A stretch of 15,083 bases of DNA from Candidatus Methylomirabilales bacterium (GCA_046758505.1 JBHIAH010000062.1:1-15083), one strand, 5' to 3'; positions 1-7,365 are shown, counted from the first letter of the stretch. The notes: generated from the letters alone by a model not told the origin. Numbers and translations are program-made.

Positions 1-32
1 ACGGCGCAGGAGGATTCCGTCGGCCACCCACG

Positions 33-51
33 AAAATGTACTCTGACCCCC
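33..51. repeat. Possible REP-like motif AAAATGTACTCTGACCCC(C), of the type found beside RAYT/IS200-like tyrosine transposases
   Basis: The motif was recognised from memory of GGGGTCAGAGTACATTT-type REP sequences. Frame 1 reads ...VGHPRKCTLTP, resembling the GRPRK tails of such transposases. There is only one copy in the window. Confidence 0.3.
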
Positions 52-131
52 TATTTTTTGGGAACGTTTACTCCGTTGGCCCGCCGGGCGGGCGATCTTG
101 GTCGTTAGGGTGGACTTGGAGGAATCTGAAT

Positions 132-773
132 ATGAGCGCCATTAAGCGCGCGTTATTGATTGTATCAATGCTGGCCTTTCCCTTGACGTCGAGCGCCGAA
201 ACCCAACAGCTCTTCAACGGCAAAGATCTAACCGGATGGAAGCACGTGGGCTCCGGCCGCTTTGTGGTCGAGGGTGGTCTGCTCCATCCAGTAGGAGGGG
301 TGGGACTTCTCTGGTTCGATGGAGGGAAAGTGGGCGACGCGGTTGTGCGCGTCGTCTACAAGGTGAAAACGCAGACGGATAATAGCGGCGTGTTCACTCG
401 AATCCCGGATCCACCGGAGGACCCCTGGATGCCGGTCGACAAGGGTTTGGAAGTTCAGATCAACGATGGGGGGGAATCTGGATACTACCGCACCGGCTCA
501 ATTTACACTTTCTCCAAGGTTCGGTCGCGACCCAACAAGGTGGGCGAGTGGAACACGATGGAGATAACTCTCGACGGTCCGCGCACGACGGTGCACATCA
601 ATGGAGTTTTCGTCACCGAATACACGGAGGGGGATCCGGTCCCGCCCAAGAAGCATGACTGGGATCCAAATCGTGGGCCGCGGCCCAATACTGGATATAT
701 TGGCGTTCAGAACCACCCGCATGGCAAGACAGTCTATTTCGAAGAGATCTCGATCCGGTCCATCGAGAAGTAG
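132..773 (+). CDS. Secreted DUF1080 / 3-keto-disaccharide hydrolase family protein
   Basis: ATG 132 follows GGAGG at 118-122. Signal peptide MSAIKRALLIVSMLAFPLTSSA. Family motifs LFNGKDLTGW, NSGVF, EVQI, TGSIY, GEWNTMEI, INGV and GYIGVQNH. Confidence 0.9.
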   Translation: MSAIKRALLIVSMLAFPLTSSAETQQLFNGKDLTGWKHVGSGRFVVEGGLLHPVGGVGLLWFDGGKVGDAVVRVVYKVKTQTDNSGVFTRIPDPPEDPWMPVDKGLEVQINDGGESGYYRTGSIYTFSKVRSRPNKVGEWNTMEITLDGPRTTVHINGVFVTEYTEGDPVPPKKHDWDPNRGPRPNTGYIGVQNHPHGKTVYFEEISIRSIEK

Positions 774-1059
774 TGAGAGCGGGCTCAGAGTTTGATATCT
801 TGACAATCTTCCGACTCGGTACCGAAGTGAGCATAGGTCGACTTGCTCGTCCCCGAGCAGTTTCGCCGCCACCGCGACGTTTACCTACGATGCGCTGTCC
901 CCCCGGACCGGCATCACCGTCCCCAGCCGTGCACGCACCACGTGCTCCTGACCACCTCCGTGATTCTTGCACTCACCCCATCCGCCCCTCCCCAACGCGC
1001 CACCTGGGTACCCCCCCCTGAATAAGGTCACGAGTGACGCCCGAGCCCAAAAATTTCTC

Positions 1060-1088
1060 TTGACAGGCCTAGAGCGGGGAGGTATGGT
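1060..1088 (+). promoter_or_regulatory. Sigma70-type promoter of the regulator-oxidoreductase operon
   Basis: TTGACA (1060-1065), a 17-bp spacer, then TATGGT (1083-1088), with an AT-rich stretch upstream. Confidence 0.75.
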
Positions 1089-1095
1089 CTGACCA
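1085..1095. promoter_or_regulatory. FadR-subfamily (LldR/GlcC/PdhR-type) operator TGGTCTGACCA
   Basis: The palindrome TGGTC-T-GACCA overlaps the -10 box directly upstream of a FadR-type gene. A further half-site CAGACCAGT lies at 1105-1113. Confidence 0.8.
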
Positions 1096-1131
1096 ATAGA
1101 CCTTCAGACCAGTTTCATCCAAGGAAACCGG

Positions 1132-1872
1132 ATGGACCTCAAAGAGGTGAAGAAAACAAGAGTTTACCAGGATATCGTCGCCCAGGTCAAGGACCTGATC
1201 GCCGATGGAAAATTGCGGCCGGGGGATCAGCTCCCCTCTGAGCGGGAGCTCTCGGAGATGTTCAAGGTGAGCCGCGCCTCGGTTCGGGAGGCGATTCGTG
1301 CCCTGGAGTCCTTGGGATTCATCGAGATCAGGCAGGGGGAGGGGACGTACATCGCCTCGAGCGTCGAGACGCTCCTCGCCTCTGTCACCTCCACGCTCCT
1401 GCAGGAGGCGGATCTTCTCATGCAGGTCTTCGAGGCGAGAAAGATCCTGGAACCCGCCATCGCTGCCCTGGCAGCAGAACGGGCGACCGCCGAGGAGGTC
1501 GCCGAACTCGAGGAAATCCTGAAGGAACAGGCCCAGGAGATCGCCCAGGCTGAGACGGGGGTTGAGGCCGACACGCGCTTTCACTCCGCGCTCGCCGAAG
1601 CCGCCAAGAACGAGGTCCTCCTCCGGCTGAACGAGGCCATTGTTGACCATCTCCGGGAGACCCGAGAGCGCTCCCTGCACACCGAGGGGCGACCCCCCCG
1701 GTCCCTGGCCGGCCATCGGGAGATCCTGGGGGCCATCCGGGACAAAGACCCGGCGAACGCACGGGAGGCGATGCTCATCCATCTTGAGACCATCGAGCAC
1801 AATGTCCTGAAATCGCCGGCGCCACAGCGGAGACAGAACGCAGGCGACGGCGCCGGCAGCGCGACGGGATAA
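1132..1872 (+). CDS. GntR family, FadR subfamily transcriptional regulator (wHTH + FCD domain)
   Basis: wHTH region LRPGDQLPSERELSEMFKVSRASVREAIRALE..G.IEIRQGEGTY. FCD motifs EARKILE, DTRFH, HREILGAI and AM..HL. Confidence 0.95.
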   Translation: MDLKEVKKTRVYQDIVAQVKDLIADGKLRPGDQLPSERELSEMFKVSRASVREAIRALESLGFIEIRQGEGTYIASSVETLLASVTSTLLQEADLLMQVFEARKILEPAIAALAAERATAEEVAELEEILKEQAQEIAQAETGVEADTRFHSALAEAAKNEVLLRLNEAIVDHLRETRERSLHTEGRPPRSLAGHREILGAIRDKDPANAREAMLIHLETIEHNVLKSPAPQRRQNAGDGAGSATG

Positions 1873-1898
1873 CTCTCTTTCCAGAAGGAGGAAGCCGC

Positions 1899-3056
1899 AT
1901 GCATGGTTCGGTTGAAGTCGTTTACCGCGGGATCTTCCAGAAGACCCTGGGACAACGGATCACGCGTGGAGTCGTTCTCGCCGCCCGGAAGGAGGGCAAG
2001 GTCGGGATCTCCTTCGGGCGATACGGCGATTCCCCGGAACGGAACGGCATCCCGGCCAAAAGCTTTGCCGTGGTGGCGGACAATGAAGAGGAGCTGCAGG
2101 CCTATCTCGCCCGCTACGAACCCTCGGACAACGACATCACCGTCGCGGTCGACGATACGCTGTGCAAGGGGGTGGAATCCTGGGCCTGGTACGGGCTCCA
2201 GCCGATCAATAAGCTGACCCGGGCGGGCGGGACGGTCTTGACCACCTCCACGCAGTCTCCGGACGAGCTGCTCAAGGACTGCCACCGCAGGGAGACCGAG
2301 TGGAATCTCGCCGTATTGAAGGGGACTGCCAGCTTCTCCGGGCTCTGGGTCTATAAGGACGATCACACCGACGTCCGGGTCCTGGGGGCCATTGCCAAGC
2401 TTGCCCCCCACGTGGTCACAATCGAATCGGTCGAGGCAGCGATTCGGGACGAGTGGAAAGACGACCTGAAGGTCACCTCCGCCCGCAAGGCCTACGAGCG
2501 GGTCGAGGCCCGAAAAGTCCGACCCGATGAAGGGAATCCGGAGCACCCGTACGAGTTCCAGCTTCCCAAGTGGTGGGAGATGAAGGAAGCGGTGAGCATT
2601 CCGGGGATCCCGGTCAAGCAGGACGTGGAGGGTTGGGACGGGGGATACCGGCCGGGCCGCAATCCCACCTTCAAGAAGTTCGCCACACGGACCATGCGAC
2701 CGGTCGTCGATTTCGAGATCTGCACCAAGTGCACCCTCTGCTGGCTCCAGTGCCCCGACTCCTGCTTTGACGTCACCCCGACCGGCCACTACGACGCCAA
2801 TATGGAGGCCTGCTGCGGCTGTGGTGTCTGTGAGGCGGTCTGTCCGGTAACCAACTGCATCACCATGGTCAACGAGTCCGCCTTCGAGGACAATGCCAGC
2901 CAGTTCGCGATGTACGAAAAGGACAAGGGGGTGTATGACACCTGGCTCAAGGGCAAGATCCACGACAAGGTGGTGACAGACCGACACCACGGATTCCAGG
3001 TCCGGGGCAAATACGAAGAGGAGATCCGGGAGATCATCCAGGAGGTGACAAAATGA
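1899..3056 (+). CDS. Oxalate oxidoreductase-like 2-oxoacid:ferredoxin oxidoreductase, fused gamma-delta subunit (domain III + 2x[4Fe-4S])
   Basis: RBS AAGGAGG. N-terminal POR-gamma-like domain (AARKEGK...YGDSPER). Ferredoxin motifs CTKCTLCWLQCP and CCGCGVCEAVCP preceded by RTMRPVVD. ATGA overlap with the alpha gene. Confidence 0.88.
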   Translation: MHGSVEVVYRGIFQKTLGQRITRGVVLAARKEGKVGISFGRYGDSPERNGIPAKSFAVVADNEEELQAYLARYEPSDNDITVAVDDTLCKGVESWAWYGLQPINKLTRAGGTVLTTSTQSPDELLKDCHRRETEWNLAVLKGTASFSGLWVYKDDHTDVRVLGAIAKLAPHVVTIESVEAAIRDEWKDDLKVTSARKAYERVEARKVRPDEGNPEHPYEFQLPKWWEMKEAVSIPGIPVKQDVEGWDGGYRPGRNPTFKKFATRTMRPVVDFEICTKCTLCWLQCPDSCFDVTPTGHYDANMEACCGCGVCEAVCPVTNCITMVNESAFEDNASQFAMYEKDKGVYDTWLKGKIHDKVVTDRHHGFQVRGKYEEEIREIIQEVTK

Positions 3057-4276
3057 GCGTAGCAACCAAAGCGGCGCCCGCCGCTGATCAGGAGATGCTG
3101 ATCAGCGGATGTGCGGCAATCGCCCAGGCCCTCCGCCTGGCGGACCTCGACGTCGTGACGGCCTATCCGATTCGGCCCTACGACACCGTGATGCAGGCCG
3201 TGGCAAAGCTGATCTCCAACGGCGAGCTGGACGCCGAGTACATCGTTGCCTCCAGCGAGCACGATCAGTTTGAGATCGTGAAGCACGCCTCCGCAGTCGG
3301 CGCCCGCGTCTTCTGCGGGTCGAGTGGGGTCGGATGGATGTACGCCATGGAGGCCCTCGCGGTCACCCCGGCGCTCCGGCTCCCGATGCTCGCCCTGGTT
3401 GGAAACCGTGCGCTGGACGATCCGGGCGCCTTCGGCTGCGAACACAACGATGCGATGTGTGTCCGAGACCTGGGGTGGATGCTCACCTGGGTCGATACGG
3501 CCCAGGAGGCCCTCGACACGGCGTTGATCGCCTATCGGGTGGCGGAGGATAAGCGAGTCTTCCTTCCCTGCGCCATCGGGGCGGACGGGGCGTTTCTCAC
3601 GCACTCGGAGGCGTTGGTCCAGGTCCCCAGCAAGGCACAGGTGGACCAGTTCCTGCCCAAGTACGATCGGGGGGACAAGCTCCTGCACCCCGATAATCCG
3701 ATCACCGTCGCCCCGCAGGTCAATGAAGACTGGGTGATGGAGATTCGCAAGCAGAACGACGAAGCGATGCGCCGGGCCCGGGGGGTGATTCAGGAGGCCT
3801 TCCGGGACTTCCACAAGATCTTCGGCCGGCAGGGGGGGAACCCCTTTGTGGAATCGTACATGGCCGAGGACGCCGATGTGATCCTCTTCGGCCAAGGGAC
3901 CCTCTCCTTGCCGGTAAAGGTGGGTGTCCGAAAGCTCCGGGAGCAGGGTCACAAGGTCGGGTTCGTACGCCTGCGCTGGCTGCGGCCTTTCCCCACCCCG
4001 GACGTTCAGGAGACGCTTGGGCGGGCGAAAGCCGTCGGGGTGATCGATCGCGATTACTCCTTCGGCGCACCCAACCACGGCGCAGTGCTGTACAACGAGG
4101 TGCGGTCTGCCCTGTACGACCTCCCGAAGCGGCCGCACGTGATGAGCTTCATCTGCGGCCTGGGCGGCCGCGAAGTCACCTTGGACAGCGTGACGGAGAT
4201 GAGCGAGATCCTGCTGAAGATTGCGAAGACCGGAAAAGTCGAGCAACCCAACTACTGGATTGGGGTGAGGGGGTAG
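3053..4276 (+). CDS. Oxalate oxidoreductase-like 2-oxoacid:ferredoxin oxidoreductase alpha subunit
   Basis: SGC..IA.A, YPIRPY (OOR-type Arg instead of PFOR YPITP), SEH with the TPP-activating Glu, GSSGVG, NR, RPFP and GLGGRE. Confidence 0.92.
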   Translation: MSVATKAAPAADQEMLISGCAAIAQALRLADLDVVTAYPIRPYDTVMQAVAKLISNGELDAEYIVASSEHDQFEIVKHASAVGARVFCGSSGVGWMYAMEALAVTPALRLPMLALVGNRALDDPGAFGCEHNDAMCVRDLGWMLTWVDTAQEALDTALIAYRVAEDKRVFLPCAIGADGAFLTHSEALVQVPSKAQVDQFLPKYDRGDKLLHPDNPITVAPQVNEDWVMEIRKQNDEAMRRARGVIQEAFRDFHKIFGRQGGNPFVESYMAEDADVILFGQGTLSLPVKVGVRKLREQGHKVGFVRLRWLRPFPTPDVQETLGRAKAVGVIDRDYSFGAPNHGAVLYNEVRSALYDLPKRPHVMSFICGLGGREVTLDSVTEMSEILLKIAKTGKVEQPNYWIGVRG

Positions 4277-4281
4277 CAACC

Positions 4282-5343
4282 ATGGCAAAGGAGTTGACCG
4301 TACTGCCAACCCAGACCCTTGAAGCCTTCAAGGGGGTCAAGAAGATTACCATCGAGGAGTACTTCACCTCGGGACACCGGACCTGTCAGGGCTGTGAGTC
4401 GGCCCTGGTGATGAAGCTCATGGCCAAGGCGGCCGGGCCCCGGACCGTCGTCCTGGGCTCCACCGGCTGCATGTACGTGGCCAACACCACGTACTACTCC
4501 ACGTCCTGGGTGGTCCCCTGGATGCACACCCAGCTCGGGGCGTCCGGGTCGGCTGCCGTCGGCACGGCGGCCGGGCTCAAGGTTCTCATGCGCAAGAACC
4601 GGATCAAGCAAGAACCGATCAACGTCATCGCCTTCTGCGGAGACGGGGGGGGTGCCGACATGGGGCTCAGCTCGATCTCGGCCGCCTTGACCTACCCCGA
4701 GTACAACTTTCTGATCCTGATGTACGATAACGAGTCGTACGCCAACACCGACATTCAGCTCTCCAGCATGACGCCGTATGGGGCCAACACGACCTTTTCG
4801 CCTCCAGGAAAGGCCCGACGGATCCTCCACAAGCGGTGGAAGAAGAACGTCGCCGGAATGCTGGCGGCCGGGCACCCCGAGTGTCGGTATGTCGCCACCG
4901 TGGACGCCTCGTACGCGCTCGAGATGATGAACCGGCTGCGGAAGGCCCTGACCATCGGCGGGCCGACATTCATCCACTCGCTGGACCCCTGCCCCAAAGG
5001 CTGGGACTACGACCCAATCCAGTCCCATGAACTCGGGGAGCTGGCCGTCGAGACGGGGGTCTGGCCCCTCTTCGAGGTCGAGGATGGAGTACTCAAGTTC
5101 TACGGTAAATCGAAGGGCATTGCTCAGGGGCGAAAGCGGAAGCCGGTCCGGGAGTATCTCTTGAAGCAGGGCCGATTCGCCCACTTCACCGACGAGGACA
5201 TCGAGTATTTCCAGAAGAAGGTGGACCTCATGTGGGAGCGGTGGCTCGTTCCCGGCGCCATCTGCGTCGAGATGGGTGACGATATCCGGAAGCACCTCGC
5301 CCGCGCGGAGCAAGAGGTCACCGCGGCCGAAGCGAAACAGTAA
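4282..5343 (+). CDS. Oxalate oxidoreductase-like 2-oxoacid:ferredoxin oxidoreductase beta subunit (TPP and proximal [4Fe-4S] binding)
   Basis: GHRTCQGC, TGCMYVANT, the GDGG...YDNESYANT TPP/Mg motif, TPYGANTTF and PCPKGW. Confidence 0.92.
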   Translation: MAKELTVLPTQTLEAFKGVKKITIEEYFTSGHRTCQGCESALVMKLMAKAAGPRTVVLGSTGCMYVANTTYYSTSWVVPWMHTQLGASGSAAVGTAAGLKVLMRKNRIKQEPINVIAFCGDGGGADMGLSSISAALTYPEYNFLILMYDNESYANTDIQLSSMTPYGANTTFSPPGKARRILHKRWKKNVAGMLAAGHPECRYVATVDASYALEMMNRLRKALTIGGPTFIHSLDPCPKGWDYDPIQSHELGELAVETGVWPLFEVEDGVLKFYGKSKGIAQGRKRKPVREYLLKQGRFAHFTDEDIEYFQKKVDLMWERWLVPGAICVEMGDDIRKHLARAEQEVTAAEAKQ

Positions 5344-5352
5344 GGGTCCTCC

Positions 5353-5385
5353 GGCGGAGCCACGCCTTCCCGGTGTGGCTCCGCC
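5353..5385 (+). terminator. Strong hairpin after the oxidoreductase operon (terminator or mRNA stabiliser)
   Basis: GGCGGAGCCACGCC-TTCCC-GGTGTGGCTCCGCC forms a 14-bp stem with one G.U pair, 9 nt after the stop codon. It lacks a good U-tract. Confidence 0.6.
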
Positions 5386-5475
5386 CCCTTCACCATTGTA
5401 TACTGTATCCCTCTTCGAAACGGGACGGGAACCCGCCACGACCGATGAGCATGCTCCGATTTCGCTGTGCGAAAA

Positions 5476-5517
5476 TGTCAAGAACCCCTTGACAAAACGG
5501 TGTTTCCTATGTAGAAG
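5476..5517 (+). promoter_or_regulatory. Putative sigma70 promoter for tctCBA, with the -35 inside an inverted repeat
   Basis: TTGACA (5489-5494), 17 bp, then TAGAAG (5512-5517). Palindrome TGTCAAG-AACCC-CTTGACA at 5476-5494. Confidence 0.45.
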
Positions 5518-5690
5518 CAACATGCCGCGTCCCGCAGGCTTCGTACCCCATGCCAGGGAATAAAGGGGGTGGAAATCGGGTTTGCTGAAGCGATACCTTG
5601 TCCCCGGTCGTGTGTTGGCGAAAACCTCATCGCGTTTCCACTCAGTGGCAGGCGTTCTCTTACCCGCAACTTTATGAAAGGAGGGGCAGC

Positions 5691-6695
5691 ATGTCTAAGA
5701 AGGGTCGGTGGACATCCCTGGTCGTCGTCGGATTGCTCCTGATCTTCTTGGGGCCGGGGACTGTCCTGCTCACGGACACCGCCGCCGAGGCGGCCTGGCA
5801 GCCCAAGAAGCCGATTACGTTCGTCATCATGGCCGGCAAAGGGGGCGGTGCCGATCGGATCGCTCGGCTCATGCAGAAGATCGTGCAAAAGCATAAATGG
5901 TCCCCGCAACCCCTCATCCCGGTCAACAAGCCGGGTGGCGCAGGCGCCGAGGCGCTCCGGTACCTCAAGGACCATAAAGGTGACCCGTACGTTATCCTGG
6001 TCACGCTCAACAGCTTCTTCACCACCCCCCTGCGCGCCAATTTGGGCCTGAGCTACCGGGATTTTACGCCGATCGCCCGGATGGCCATGGACACGTTTAT
6101 CCTCTGGGTCAATTCAAAGTCACCGATCAAGAACGTGGATCAGTACGTCAAGGCGGTGAAGGCGGCGGGCGGTAAGTGGAAGATGGGCGGGACCGGCAAG
6201 GGGCAGGAAGATTCGCTCGTCACCGGCCTGCTCGAGGATGCCTACGGCATCAAAACCACCTATGTCCCCTTCAAGGGTGGCGGCAAGGTTGCGAAAGAGC
6301 TGATCGGGGGACACGTCGATTCCACCGTCAACAACCCGTCAGAGCAGATCTCCTGGTACGAGGCCGGGCGCTCTCGGCCACTGGCCGCCTTCACCCCAAA
6401 TCGGCTGCCCCAGTTTCCGGACGTGCCGACCTTCCGAGAGCTGGGCAAGGACCTCGTCTACTACATGCAGCGGAGCATTAACGCGCCTGGCGGAATCCCG
6501 GCCGAGGCGCGGGAGTGGTATGCGAACCTGTTCACCAAGCTCTCGAAGTCCGAGGAGTGGCAGACCTACTGCAAGAAGAAGGCGCTCCACTGCACGGGGA
6601 AGCTGGGGTTTTTGACCGGCGACAAACTGGGTAAGTTCTTCGCCTCGGAAGAGGCCAAGCACAAGAGGCTCCTCAAGGCGATGGGAGAGATCTAG
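5691..6695 (+). CDS. tctC: Tripartite tricarboxylate transporter substrate-binding protein (TctC/Bug family)
   Basis: RBS AAAGGAGG before ATG 5691. Signal peptide ending AEA-A. Motifs WQPKKPITFVI.AG.GGGAD..AR, VNKPGGAG, DFTPIA, YVPFKGGG, GGHVD and PDVPTFRELG. Confidence 0.93.
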   Translation: MSKKGRWTSLVVVGLLLIFLGPGTVLLTDTAAEAAWQPKKPITFVIMAGKGGGADRIARLMQKIVQKHKWSPQPLIPVNKPGGAGAEALRYLKDHKGDPYVILVTLNSFFTTPLRANLGLSYRDFTPIARMAMDTFILWVNSKSPIKNVDQYVKAVKAAGGKWKMGGTGKGQEDSLVTGLLEDAYGIKTTYVPFKGGGKVAKELIGGHVDSTVNNPSEQISWYEAGRSRPLAAFTPNRLPQFPDVPTFRELGKDLVYYMQRSINAPGGIPAEAREWYANLFTKLSKSEEWQTYCKKKALHCTGKLGFLTGDKLGKFFASEEAKHKRLLKAMGEI

Positions 6696-6698
6696 CCG

Positions 6699-7184
6699 AT
6701 GCGCCGCGCGGAAGTCACCTGTGCCCTGGGGTTGGTGGCGTTAGCCGTCATCTTTGCCTGGTACGCGCGGGAGCTGCCGATCGGCTGGGTGCCTGGGGCA
6801 GGCCCGGGGGGTGGCTTCTTTCCCTTCTGGCTCTCGGTCATCATGGGTGCGGTTGCGGTTGCGGTGGGGGTGCAGGGCTTCATGCGGGGCTCTGCACCCC
6901 GCCACGCCGCCAAGCGCTTCTTCGTGGAAGGGGGTCTCCGGCAGGTCTTCCTGGTTGCTATCCCCGGCCTCGTAATGGTCGCCCTGATCGACATCATCAG
7001 CACGTACGTGGCGGCCATCATCTTCCTGTTGTTTTACACGCGCTGCATCGGCAAACACCCCTGGCGGACCTCGTTCCTGGTAGCCATCGTGGTCCCCGTG
7101 GGGATCTTCTTGCTCTTTGAGAAGTTCTTGCTCATTCCACTGCCAAAGGGCTACCTCGACAAACTGTATTATATCTTTTACTAG
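6699..7184 (+). CDS. tctB: Tripartite tricarboxylate transporter small membrane subunit
   Basis: Several TM segments, GPGGGFFPFW and a C-terminal FEKFLLIPLPKG. Lies between tctC and tctA. Confidence 0.9.
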   Translation: MRRAEVTCALGLVALAVIFAWYARELPIGWVPGAGPGGGFFPFWLSVIMGAVAVAVGVQGFMRGSAPRHAAKRFFVEGGLRQVFLVAIPGLVMVALIDIISTYVAAIIFLLFYTRCIGKHPWRTSFLVAIVVPVGIFLLFEKFLLIPLPKGYLDKLYYIFY

Positions 7185-7287
7185 TGCCGTTCCAACGTGA
7201 TAAGCCGAATGTGAGCGACCTGCCTTGTTGCAAGCGTGGTGAACGAGTACAGCAAGAAAGTTAGCACAAATCCTTGGAACGGCACTA
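7182..7287. mobile_element. Non-autonomous MITE (about 102 bp plus TA duplication), probably derived from the IS630 family
   Basis: Perfect 15-bp inverted repeat CTAGTGCCGTTCCAA (7181-7195) / TTGGAACGGCACTAG (7274-7288). The interior is visibly more AT-rich than the flanking genes. The TA-flanked ...CACTAG ends are typical of IS630 elements. Confidence 0.65.
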
Positions 7288-7335
7288 GCAGAGGGGAAGA
7301 GGACGCCAAGCACCGACACACGAGGACGGGCCACA

Positions 7336-7365
7336 GAGAGGGGCGGGCCGACGCCGCCCCTTTTT
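7336..7365 (+). terminator. Intrinsic terminator-like hairpin between tctB and tctA
   Basis: GAGAGGGGCGG-GCCGACG-CCGCCCC followed by TTTTT. Confidence 0.55.

Noticed and set aside
36..131. Extended N-termini in the ORF track (starts at 36, 5598, 7367, 8960, 13446, 14708)
   Set aside because: Downstream ATGs have RBSs and fit the family N-termini, while the extensions overlap other features or bury signal peptides.
774..1050. Small ORFs (773-1021, 843-1025), a stray TTGACA at 800-805 and an FNR-like TTGAT
   Set aside because: The translations are Pro/Arg-rich and look random, there is no -10 at the right spacing, and there is no ATCAA half-site. A decayed gene cannot be excluded.
1899..5343. 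Calling the enzyme pyruvate:ferredoxin oxidoreductase (porABDG) or assigning oor gene symbols outright
   Set aside because: YPIRP and the missing CoA loop argue against PFOR, and the apparent Asp-to-Ala change makes strict OOR orthology uncertain.
1581..5523. Long minus-strand ORFs 1581-3065, 2789-4309 and 4252-5523
   Set aside because: They are antisense shadows of well-supported GC-rich genes and have no recognisable motifs.
5520..5690. Known riboswitch (TPP, c-di-GMP) or a second TGGTCNGACCA operator before tctC
   Set aside because: No consensus elements were found by eye.
7275..7290. Sigma54-like TGGAACG-GCAC-TAGCA (GG-N10-GC)
   Set aside because: It is explained as the right inverted repeat of the MITE, deviates from TGGCAC/TTGC, and is followed by a terminator-like hairpin. 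No activator gene is in the window.
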